NCBI GenBank assembly: GCA_030167145.1
Contig: CP126532.1
Location: forward strand, 1,020,001 to 1,052,000
DNA: 32,000 nucleotides
Reading direction: 5' to 3'
From: Ktedonobacterales bacterium
GTDB taxonomy: Bacteria > Chloroflexota > Ktedonobacteria > Ktedonobacterales > JADMIN01
Shown here: piece by piece, positions 7,856 through 15,635 of the stretch
Numbering within the stretch: the stretch's first letter is position 1
Layout: each line of letters begins with the position of its first letter
The notes under the pieces: generated by a model
The model's database searches: none
Told to the model about the DNA's origin: nothing
The model's input: only the letters and a program-made list of their open reading frames with translations
Position numbers and translations under genes: made by a program

Positions 7856-9901
7856 GTGCAATACGATCAGATAGACTATACTGCCCAAGCGTCAGAGCAT
7901 TCCCTGCCCACTCCGGTGGAAATAGCCCTACCCGACGTAATCGCCGCCCACCCGTATGCTGTCGCCGCATCACCTGGCGAACACGACTCGCTGTACGCGG
8001 CGCGATACCGCGCACTGGCGGATGCGCTGCCCCACATGAGCTGGATAGCGAGCGCCTCTGGCGAACTGCGCGACGATAGCCCCAGTTGGCGCGCCTACAC
8101 CGGGCAAACCATGACTGAGGTATTTGGCCTGGGCTATCAGCAAGCGATTGACCCCAGCGACCGGAGGCGGCTCATCGCCGCATGGGGCGCCGCCCACAGC
8201 GACGGACGGCCATTTCAAGCCGAACAGCGTGTGCGCGGCACTGACGGTGTCTATCGCACCTTTCTCGCGCATGTGGTCCCGGTTTTCGATGATGAGGGCA
8301 CTGTGCGTGAGTGGATGGGCGTCTATACCGATATGACCGCGCAGAAGGCGGCAGAGGACGCGCATCACGATTTGCTCGCGCGGGAACGCGCCGCACGCGC
8401 TGAAGCGGAGATTGCCTGCACACGCGCCGAAGATGCCGCCGGGGAACTGCGAACCATCCTCGATATTTTGCCGGTCGGCGTCGCGATTGTGGATAAGCAG
8501 GGGCATGGGCTGCGGCGCAACAAGGCGCTTGAACGCCTGCGGGCCAAAGGTACGCCCTATATCAACGGTATGGATCGCTACGATGAGTTGCGGGGCTGGT
8601 GGCCCGATGGCCGCCCCTTGCGGGCGGAGGAGTGGGCGATGACCCGGACTCTGCTCAATGGCGAGGTGGTCACTGGGCAGGAAATCGAGATGGAATCTGT
8701 GACCGGCGAACGCCGGACAATTCTGAATAATTCGGCGCCTATCCGCGACGCCAGCGGCGAGATCGTGCGCGGGGTGGTCGTCGCGTTGGATATCACCGAG
8801 CGCCGCCGGGTGGAACGGATGGCGCTGGATCGGGCGCGTCAGTTCGCGGCGACGCTGGAAGCCATGACGGATGGTGTCATTGTCAATGGGCCGGATGGCG
8901 AGATTATACACACCAACACCGCGCTGCGGCAGATGCTCGGTCTGGACCCGACCGGCGAGGTGTTCGAGCATGATGTGCAAGATCTCATCGCGTCTATTGC
9001 GGTACGCGACGCTGAAGGTAACGTGCTTCCGTCGTCCTGGACCGCGTCACGCGCCCTGACCGGCGAGACCATCAGCAGCGCCCACGCCGTCGAGGGGCGC
9101 TTTGAGGATGGGCAAGGCAAAAAACGGATTGTGCTGATGAGCGCATCGCCAATACGTGACGAAACTGGCCGCATCAGAGGCGCGGTAAGCCTGGTGCGGG
9201 ATAGCACCGAACAGCAGAAGATGCAGGCCGAGCGCGAGCGCATGTACGATTTGGTTCCCCACGAATTGCGCGCGCCAATTACGGGACTGCTGCTGCTGAC
9301 CCACCTCTTGCGAACAAATGTGAGCCAGGGCAAACCCGTCCAGGACGATGACCTTGAACGCATGGACCGTGGCTTGTGGCAGCTCCATCGCCTCGTCAAT
9401 GATCTCATGGATGCGGGGGCTTTGCACGCTGGCAAGGTTTCGGTTGAACTTGCGCCGTGTGACTTGAAGCAACTCTGTGAGCAGGTGGTGGAAGAGCAGC
9501 GAGCCGCGACAGGTCGGGCGATCAAACTGGATCTATCCAAGCGGGCTGTGGAGGTGCGGGCCGATGCCCAGCGCATCACCCAGGTGCTCACCAATCTGCT
9601 GACCAATGCGATCAAGCATTCGCCAGCCACTCGCCGGATCGTGCTGAAGGTGCGGCGGGAGCCAGAGATGCTGCGTGTCTCGGTACAAGATGGAGGCGAG
9701 GGCATTCCGCACGACGCGCTGGCGCACATCTTCGAGCGCTATTATCAGGTGCGCAAGCCTGACGATCCCTTCACGGGCGGCCTGGGGCTGGGGTTGTATA
9801 TCTGCCAGGAGTTGATCGCGCAGCATGGCGGGCATATTTTTGCCGAGAGTGTGGTTGGCAAAGGGACAACCGTATGGTTCACCCTCCCGCGAGTACACTA
9901 G
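7856..9901 (+). CDS. Multi-PAS sensor histidine kinase (no cognate response regulator adjacent)
   Basis: 681-aa ORF with several PAS-like segments, HisKA H-box (VPHELRAPIT) and HATPase_c N/G boxes (LTNLLTNAIKHS, DGGEGIP, GGLGLGLYICQ). GTG start has a weak SD, so the start is uncertain. Confidence 0.85.
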   Translation: MQYDQIDYTAQASEHSLPTPVEIALPDVIAAHPYAVAASPGEHDSLYAARYRALADALPHMSWIASASGELRDDSPSWRAYTGQTMTEVFGLGYQQAIDPSDRRRLIAAWGAAHSDGRPFQAEQRVRGTDGVYRTFLAHVVPVFDDEGTVREWMGVYTDMTAQKAAEDAHHDLLARERAARAEAEIACTRAEDAAGELRTILDILPVGVAIVDKQGHGLRRNKALERLRAKGTPYINGMDRYDELRGWWPDGRPLRAEEWAMTRTLLNGEVVTGQEIEMESVTGERRTILNNSAPIRDASGEIVRGVVVALDITERRRVERMALDRARQFAATLEAMTDGVIVNGPDGEIIHTNTALRQMLGLDPTGEVFEHDVQDLIASIAVRDAEGNVLPSSWTASRALTGETISSAHAVEGRFEDGQGKKRIVLMSASPIRDETGRIRGAVSLVRDSTEQQKMQAERERMYDLVPHELRAPITGLLLLTHLLRTNVSQGKPVQDDDLERMDRGLWQLHRLVNDLMDAGALHAGKVSVELAPCDLKQLCEQVVEEQRAATGRAIKLDLSKRAVEVRADAQRITQVLTNLLTNAIKHSPATRRIVLKVRREPEMLRVSVQDGGEGIPHDALAHIFERYYQVRKPDDPFTGGLGLGLYICQELIAQHGGHIFAESVVGKGTTVWFTLPRVH

Positions 9902-10045
9902 AGCGCTCTGGCTCGCTGTGTGTGGTAGGTGAGGCGTGATAGACTGGAGGCGCGGGGTACTACTATGTGCCAGCGCGCCAGGGGCCTCTGCGTGAAGCTC
10001 TGCGCGGGGCGCTGGCGACAGAGAAGCGAGAGCGAGCGGACCACG

Positions 10046-10525
10046 ATGGACGAAGCGGCGAAGAAAGAGGCGCTGCGCCTCTTCACCTATGGACTGTATG
10101 CGGTGACGACTGGCGACGATGCGGAATGGAGCGCCTTCACCGCGAACTGGCTGGGGCAGGTTTCGTTCGATCCGCCACTGGTGGCCGTCTCTGTGGAAAA
10201 CACCTCGCACTCGCTGCCAATCGTCCGGCGCACGCGGCGCTTCGCGGTGAACGTCTATAGCGCAGGGCAGCGCGAGCTTGCGGGCCTGCTGGGCAAGAGC
10301 TATGCGAAGCACCCGCAAAAGCTCGATGAGCTACGCGTCGAACGAACCGCGGCCGGCTGCCCGGTGCTCGTAGATGCGCTGGCGTGGGTCGAGTGCGCGG
10401 TGGAGGGCGAGTTGCCCGCAGGCGATTCGACGCTGGTGCTGGGGCGGGTGGTAGAGGCGCGGGTGCTGCGCCGCGACGAGGAGCCGCTGACGATGCGCGC
10501 CGCTGGTTTCCGACACGCGGGCTAG
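10046..10525 (+). CDS. Flavin reductase-like FMN-binding (split-barrel) protein
   Basis: MDEAAKKEALRLFTYGLYAVTT...FTANWLGQVSFDPPLVAVSV is typical of the flavin reductase domain family. The internal ATG 10046 is preferred over the 9929 ORF start, whose N-terminal extension is Arg/Cys-rich and looks non-coding. Confidence 0.75.
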   Translation: MDEAAKKEALRLFTYGLYAVTTGDDAEWSAFTANWLGQVSFDPPLVAVSVENTSHSLPIVRRTRRFAVNVYSAGQRELAGLLGKSYAKHPQKLDELRVERTAAGCPVLVDALAWVECAVEGELPAGDSTLVLGRVVEARVLRRDEEPLTMRAAGFRHAG

Positions 10526-10573
10526 CGCAGGCAACACGGATAGAACACGTTTTTGGAAGGCAGAGGACGGACG

Positions 10574-11299
10574 ATGACAGTAATACGCGATCCTGAGCAG
10601 ACCGAGACCCGCGTGATACACGAACTGATTGACTTCACGAACAGGGATGTCCTGGAGGTGGGGTGCGGCGATGGGCGGCTGACCGGGCGCTTCGCCAGCC
10701 ACGCTCGCTCGGTGCTGGCCCTCGATCCCAATGCGTCCGCCATCGCGCAGGCGCGTGGGAACCTGCCAGAGCAGCTACGGTCCCGTGTGACCTTCCAGGT
10801 TGCCGACATCACCAGCGTGGAGTTGCCGCCTGCGGCGTTCGATGTGGTGGTGCTCTCGTGGTCGTTGTGATGTATCGCGCCTGAAGGCGTCGTGAACGCC
10901 TTGAGAATCCTGCATGCCGCGCTTCGCCTCGGAGGGCGAATGCTCAATATCCACCCCGAAGCCGTCCACACGCCGGTCGAGATCCGTGCTGGCAACGAAG
11001 TCTTCCCGCTGGGACACCTGGACGACACGTTGCATATCGAGGATGTGCGGGTGGCGCGAGCGGCGCTGCGGACCGCCCTGGACGCGGGGTGGTTTGTCGT
11101 CGAGCGCGAGACGCAGTTCACCTTCATCTCCTACTACGACAGTGTGGAGAGCTGGGAGGTCTATCGGGCTGAGCGTGGGAGCAAAGGTGTCGTCCCTCCC
11201 GAATTGCGGGCACGCGCCCTTGCCTTGCTGCCGCCCGGCGCCGAAGGGGAGTTGCGGACCCCGCGCACGATCTACGCCGCACGGCTGCGAAGAGGGTAG
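10574..11299 (+). pseudogene. Class I SAM-dependent methyltransferase interrupted by a single in-frame TGA at 10868-10870
   Basis: ORFs 10553-10870 and 10892-11299 are in the same frame. Read through, they give a contiguous methyltransferase: VLEVGCGDGRL (motif I) ... DVVVLSWSL-TGA-CIAPEGVVNALRILHAALRLGGRMLNI (post-II/III motifs). SD AGAGGA precedes ATG 10574. Confidence 0.7.
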
Positions 11300-11376
11300 A
11301 TCCGCCTACGTGTTGTAGCTCTGAGGTTGAACCGACTTTGGCGCACTATCGCAGGCGAAAGTGGCGTGAAACAGCG

Positions 11377-11406
11377 AAGCGGCCGCCCTACATCCGGCGG
11401 CCGCTT
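11377..11406. terminator. GC-rich hairpin between convergent genes (probable bidirectional terminator)
   Basis: AAGCGGCCGCC-(8 nt loop)-GGCGGCCGCTT, an 11-bp perfect stem. It lies between the methyltransferase stop (11299) and the infC stop (11434). Confidence 0.6.
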
Positions 11407-11433
11407 GCGGCATGAAGAAGCAGAAACGCTCTA

Positions 11434-12102
11434 CTATGGTTGGCTCTGCTCCGGCGGCGTTTCGGGGGCCGGGGTGATCGCGTCGCCCGGTTCGTCGCCG
11501 GTGGCGGCAGCGACGGGCGCTTCGGTCTTGCCGTCCTGCGCGGCGGCTTTCTTGCGCGGCTCCCAACCGGGCGCGCGTGACATGAGCATCGAGATCATGC
11601 GGCCTTCCTGGATCGGCGGGCGCTCCAGCGTCGCCACGTTTTTCAGGGCCGCAACCACTTTTTCGAGGACGACACGGCCAAGCTCTGGGTGGGCCATTTC
11701 ACGTCCACGGAACACGACGCTCACCTTGACCTTATTGCCCTCGCCCAAGATCTCTTCGATCTTGCGCACCTTCACTTCCAGGTCGTGCTCGTCCGTCCTT
11801 GGGCGCATACGAATTTCTTTTAGCTCGACCGTCTTCTGGTGCTTGCGCGCTTCGTTCTCGCGCTTGGCCTGCTCGTACTTGAAGCGGCCATAGTCCATCA
11901 GCTTGCAGACAGGCGGCACCGCCATAGGCGACACCTCGACGAGGTCCAGGTTGCGCTCGCGCGCCATCGCCAGCGCCTGCGCCCCCGTCATGACGCCAAT
12001 CATCTGCCCTTCTTCGTCAATCAAACGAACCTCGCGTGCGCGCACTCGCTCGTTGATTCGCGTTTCCCGAGGGCGATTATCCCCTCGAAAGTCTCTGTTG
12101 AT
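11434..12102 (-). CDS. infC: Translation initiation factor IF-3, probable non-canonical AUC start
   Basis: The ORF track starts at GTG 12045 (MRAREVRLIDEEGQ...), but the frame stays open upstream and encodes INRDFRGDNRPRETRINERV, including the conserved INE-x-IRA-x-EVRLI N-terminus. GGAGGA (12109-12114) lies 6 nt 5' of an ATC codon (12102-12100). Confidence 0.85.
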   Translation of the reverse strand: MNRDFRGDNRPRETRINERVRAREVRLIDEEGQMIGVMTGAQALAMARERNLDLVEVSPMAVPPVCKLMDYGRFKYEQAKRENEARKHQKTVELKEIRMRPRTDEHDLEVKVRKIEEILGEGNKVKVSVVFRGREMAHPELGRVVLEKVVAALKNVATLERPPIQEGRMISMLMSRAPGWEPRKKAAAQDGKTEAPVAAATGDEPGDAITPAPETPPEQSQP

Positions 12103-12387
12103 AGGAAATCCTCCGTACTCTGTGCTGAATATGACGCCAAACAGTATATGTCAGTGTAGCACATACGCTGCCCGCGACACAAGCGAACGAAAGAGTGTGA
12201 AATTTGGGGTAGGCAAGGGGACCTGATGAGATCTCCAAGGGTAGCATAGGGCGCTTCATACTCTGATCCAATGTGTCTCCCTGTATTAAAAGTTTACATT
12301 TCATGACTCGGCGATTATTTTGTCTTCATCATAAGACTATAAACTCACAATGAATTAGTTAGTTTGGATCTTATCACGGCAAATCTA

Positions 12388-12416
12388 TTGACATTGACCA
12401 GCGACCCATGTATTAT
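12388..12416 (+). promoter_or_regulatory. Sigma70-type promoter: TTGACA-N17-TATTAT
   Basis: TTGACA at 12388-12393, a 17-nt spacer, TATTAT at 12411-12416. It lies about 125 nt upstream of ATG 12541. Homologous to the promoter at 17824-17854. Confidence 0.55.
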
Positions 12417-12540
12417 CTCCTTTGCAAAGCAATCTCAATTGCGGTGAATTGTTGATTGCTGAGCAAGTGGCAGTATTGCTACCCGTCTCGTGAGTTCGTA
12501 GTTGTCCCTTAAGAAGAATAAACAGAGGAGTAACCACACC

Positions 12541-13537
12541 ATGAGATTCACCCCCCCCCTTGCGTTATGTTCAGATCCGCATAGGGAGCGTGTTCGCGGT
12601 CGTTTTCGCTCTGGCGTTTGGTGGCGGCATTGCTTTGTTGTCCGCGCCGACTACCTTGGCTCGTAATTGCGCCCCAAATGCTTGCCAGCGCACGTTCTAC
12701 GGCGCTAATTACACTTCGATGACCACAGCAACCTCGAACTTTACCCAGACGAAAGATAATTACTGCGGAGTTGCAAGCACTTTGGCAGTAAAGAAGTATG
12801 ACTGGATACAAAAAGGAGGAACCACAAAGTATTCCGATCAGGATTCTGTCGCTGCTCTGCTCAACTCGTCTTCTGCTGTCAGCCCATGGGGACGCGCCAA
12901 TCCAAATGGATCAAACCACGGCGCCTTCGTAGCTGACATTGCTACCGATGGTGGGACCGATCCTCGCTCCGTTTCATGGGCCGAATATACGACTACACCT
13001 ATCGCCTACTATTTCCACAACTGGATCTATCGGACAAGCAGCAGTACCGCAACCTACGAGGTTGGTGCTGATTTTGGCCCGGCAAGCGGAATTAACGATC
13101 CATTTGCAGTGGTTATTGCGCACGGGCTGCATTTGGAGGTTCTAGATGGTGTCTTCGCCAACCTTGATCCTTCAGCAGGTGGCGGGACAATTTACGGGAT
13201 CTCGATATGGGATCCAGGCGTAGGATCTCCGTGGGGAGGTTACAGTCCCGAGCAGGAGTATGTTTGGGATACATACGATTGGACCAGCAACTCAAGTGTC
13301 AACCAGTGGGCGCAACCCTACGCATCTAACAATGGCTACGATCCTGATCCCAGCACCTACAACAACCCACATTACGACCCCCCATTCTCGAGCTTTGGCA
13401 ACCAGCAGCATCATTGGATTGGCTATTACGCCACTGATGAGCAAGATAGAACCTCCTCCATCTGTAACGGGCTCCCAGACTACGCGCTAGACGAAAACGG
13501 GAATCTGGCCCCATACAACGGCTCGTCTTGTGGATGA
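12541..13537 (+). CDS. Secreted C39-like (papain-fold) cysteine peptidase family protein; the SD-linked ATG is out of frame with the long ORF across a C9 tract
   Basis: Long ORF 12560-13537 (TTG, no SD). Signal peptide (...VFAVVFALAFGGGIALLSAPTTLA). Q-x5-C-G motif (TQTKDNYCGVAS), His (AHGLHLEVLDGV) and Asp (ISIWDPGVG) are spaced as in the C39 / C39_2 catalytic triad. ATG 12541 with GAGGAG 10 nt upstream is in another frame, separated by C9 (12551-12559). Confidence 0.6.
12551..12559 (+). repeat. Homopolymeric C9 tract at the 5' end of the peptidase gene
   Basis: Direct reading: ATGAGATTCA-CCCCCCCCC-TTG. Confidence 0.95.
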
Positions 13538-13602
13538 GATTCCCCACAGTGATAGATGAGTGTGGATCTCGCGTTGTACTGCACCGTCCCAAGGAGATAA
13601 CG

Positions 13603-14433
13603 ATGGCTCGCTCAAAGTACCGACTCGCAAGTGCCCAGAGCTGGCATCATGGCCGCGCCAAAGGTATGTCACCAGTGTCTTTCATTTCCGCATTGCTCAT
13701 CGTGCTCTTATTTGCCGGGGTAGCACTTTGGCAATCGCATGGCGTCCAAGCCTCTAATCCACCGCGTGTCATTACGCTCAGTGGAGGAAAACACGTCTGG
13801 TGCGGTTTGGATGGGCTGCCAAATTGCCCAGTTCCACAAGATTGGATTTCGCTACCTTCCGCTCTGCCGGGCGATGTTCTGTCGGCGATTGCTGGTAGCC
13901 AAGCATTTAAGATGCTTCATTCGCGCTACCAGTTCACGACTCTAGATCTTCCTGTACTGGTACATACGCTTAGCCCGTTTGCACCAGACGATTATTACGC
14001 CAACGATCATTGGGTAACGGCGGTTCGGGACGCGAGAAATGCTGAGGCGGGCCTCTTCGATTTTGTCTTTGATCGGGCTCATCAGCGTATTCGCTTCGCT
14101 GGTTATGGTGCGCTGCGTTCCACTGATCCGCAGTATGGGCATCCTTTCCCTTTCGTCTCCGCACAGGAAGCACTTGGGCGACTTCAGTCCGAGCGCAAAC
14201 TCGCGGTAATGACAGGTACAACGCCTGAATTGGTATTTTTCCTCGTTGATTCCAACTGGATCGGGCCCGAAGCTCCACATCATTGGACATCTGGCGGCAA
14301 TTTCCCATCCGATCCAGTTTGGATGGTGACTGGCAGTGATGGCAAACACTATATTGTCGGCCAGGATACCCATGTATACACACCGAGCATGATCCCTGTC
14401 GTACAAAGTGCGTTCGTGCCCGGGATGCTCTAG
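13603..14433 (+). CDS. Membrane-anchored hypothetical protein (N-terminal signal anchor, extracytoplasmic domain)
   Basis: AAGGAG lies 6 nt upstream of ATG 13603 (ORF track start 13528 rejected). One N-terminal TM helix (VSFISALLIVLLFAGVALW). No family recognised. Confidence 0.6.
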   Translation: MARSKYRLASAQSWHHGRAKGMSPVSFISALLIVLLFAGVALWQSHGVQASNPPRVITLSGGKHVWCGLDGLPNCPVPQDWISLPSALPGDVLSAIAGSQAFKMLHSRYQFTTLDLPVLVHTLSPFAPDDYYANDHWVTAVRDARNAEAGLFDFVFDRAHQRIRFAGYGALRSTDPQYGHPFPFVSAQEALGRLQSERKLAVMTGTTPELVFFLVDSNWIGPEAPHHWTSGGNFPSDPVWMVTGSDGKHYIVGQDTHVYTPSMIPVVQSAFVPGML

Positions 14434-14455
14434 TGTGGGATTTGTGCTGTCAGTG

Positions 14456-14487
14456 GTGTTGTGGGAGCTTAATCGCTCCCACAACAC
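14456..14487 (+). terminator. Perfect 13-bp hairpin after the 13603-14433 gene
   Basis: GTGTTGTGGGAGC-TTAATC-GCTCCCACAACAC. It starts 23 nt after the stop. There is no strong T-tract, so terminator function is uncertain. Confidence 0.4.
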
Positions 14488-14542
14488 AATGTACCTTGTT
14501 AAGCTAAGCTGTCTAGCGAGTGATCTTCCAAGGAGAAAGCGC

Positions 14543-15205
14543 ATGTATCTCGCTATTCGCGCAAATTTGTGGCGCATAGCCGCACTGTCGGTGGTACTTG
14601 CTCTGGCCGCAATGAGCGCCTGCGGGCAAGGCAGCACCGCGAGGCAGACGCCGACACTGCCCACCTTGCCGCCATTTGCCACGCAGACATTGCCCGCGCA
14701 TCCTACGCCTACTTCGCTTGTCGCACATATCCAGCCCGCTTCGACGCAAGGCTGGGCGATCTACCATGATAGTACCTTCCCCTTCCAACTGCCCATGCCA
14801 CCCGGATGGCGCGCAGGCTCTTATGTAGATGACCGCAACGGCACATCCCAATGTGAATATGTCGTGGACTTCTTTCCGCCAGGGAGCAATGGGGTTGCGA
14901 TGGATGGCGCACAGGAGAAGGAACCAGAATTGATATTTCTCTACGTGAAGATGAAGTGCCAGCCGTTCGATCCGCACGGACTTGCAAGTCTCGTGGCGGA
15001 TCCATCGCCTATTGGCCTTGGAAGCACACAGACCACTCTGTATGTTTCGAATCTCCCTGCCGCTGATGGTCCTGTCTTGATTGCCCTTGCTATGTTGGGT
15101 GGCCATCAGTACCAGTATTCTCTACAGTCCACGCAAGCCAAAGGCCAGGAGGACATCGCCCTCTTTTTGGGCATGCTTCGTGATTTCCGGTATACTGGTA
15201 GCTGA
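14543..15205 (+). CDS. Hypothetical lipoprotein
   Basis: AAGGAG lies 7 nt upstream of ATG 14543. Signal peptide with a lipobox-like sequence, LALAAMSAC. Thr/Pro-rich linker followed by a globular domain. No family recognised. Confidence 0.6.
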   Translation: MYLAIRANLWRIAALSVVLALAAMSACGQGSTARQTPTLPTLPPFATQTLPAHPTPTSLVAHIQPASTQGWAIYHDSTFPFQLPMPPGWRAGSYVDDRNGTSQCEYVVDFFPPGSNGVAMDGAQEKEPELIFLYVKMKCQPFDPHGLASLVADPSPIGLGSTQTTLYVSNLPAADGPVLIALAMLGGHQYQYSLQSTQAKGQEDIALFLGMLRDFRYTGS

Positions 15206-15232
15206 GTGACAGGTAAGTGTGTCGGCCGGCCC

Positions 15233-15261
15233 TTGCGCTCTAAGCAGTTTCCGTGTACAGT
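15233..15261 (+). promoter_or_regulatory. Candidate promoter TTGCGC-N17-TACAGT
   Basis: Hexamers at 15233-15238 and 15256-15261. Would start a transcript of about 220 nt ending at the terminator 15456-15486. Confidence 0.3.
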
Positions 15262-15324
15262 ATGCGCGAGGCTTGTATGGTGGAGCGGTGGTCGCTCCGC
15301 ACCGAAGAACAGGAGGGTGGAATC

Positions 15325-15435
15325 ATGAGCATACCCGCATGTGTGTTCCACAGCCAGCGTTTCCGCTCCGCCCTCCCTTGCATTCTTGCATGCGCTCTTG
15401 GAGGCTCTCGCGCCGTCGTGCGCGCACTGGGCTGA
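15325..15435 (+). CDS. Candidate 36-aa Cys-rich hydrophobic peptide (MSIPACVFHSQRFRSALPCILACALGGSRAVVRALG)
   Basis: AGGAGG (15311-15316) lies 8 nt upstream of the ATG. The ORF is followed 20 nt later by a canonical intrinsic terminator. No homology recognised. Confidence 0.3.
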   Translation: MSIPACVFHSQRFRSALPCILACALGGSRAVVRALG

Positions 15436-15455
15436 CGCTGCGTTCGTGAGCATCA

Positions 15456-15486
15456 CCGGCGGGCATGGCTCGCCGGTTTTTGTTTG
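15456..15486 (+). terminator. Rho-independent terminator
   Basis: CCGGCG-GGCATGGCT-CGCCGG followed by TTTTTGTTTG. Confidence 0.7.
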
Positions 15487-15635
15487 TCCGCGAACTGATG
15501 ACACGACCGAACTCACGTGAGAACACAGTATCAGCACCATAGAGGAGCTATTCCCTGAGCAAGAAACACAACAAGGCGTCCGGCGGCGAAACCGCGCTAC
15601 CTGCGGATTCCGCACAAGCCAGGCTGATCGAAGGG

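Noticed and set aside
7970-9729. Minus-strand ORFs 7970-8980 and 8839-9729 inside the histidine kinase
   Set aside because: They are antisense to a gene with unmistakable HisKA/HATPase motifs, and no motifs of their own are recognised.
10868-10902. Selenocysteine insertion at the methyltransferase TGA
   Set aside because: Kept only as a low-probability alternative in the findings. The position is not a redox site, the hairpin loop does not obviously match known bacterial SECIS loops, and no sel genes are visible here. A nonsense pseudogene is the default reading.
12121-12300. tRNA or integrase/att site at island boundaries
   Set aside because: I found no tRNA-like T-arm (GGTTCGAATCC-type) or cloverleaf, no integrase or transposase ORF, and no flanking direct repeats. 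Mobility of the islands is therefore unproven.
15106-15615. 169-aa minus-strand ORF between the lipoprotein gene and rsgA
   Set aside because: It overlaps the lipoprotein gene's 3' end and a plus-strand terminator. It has no SD and its sequence is Cys/Ser/Arg-rich and implausible.
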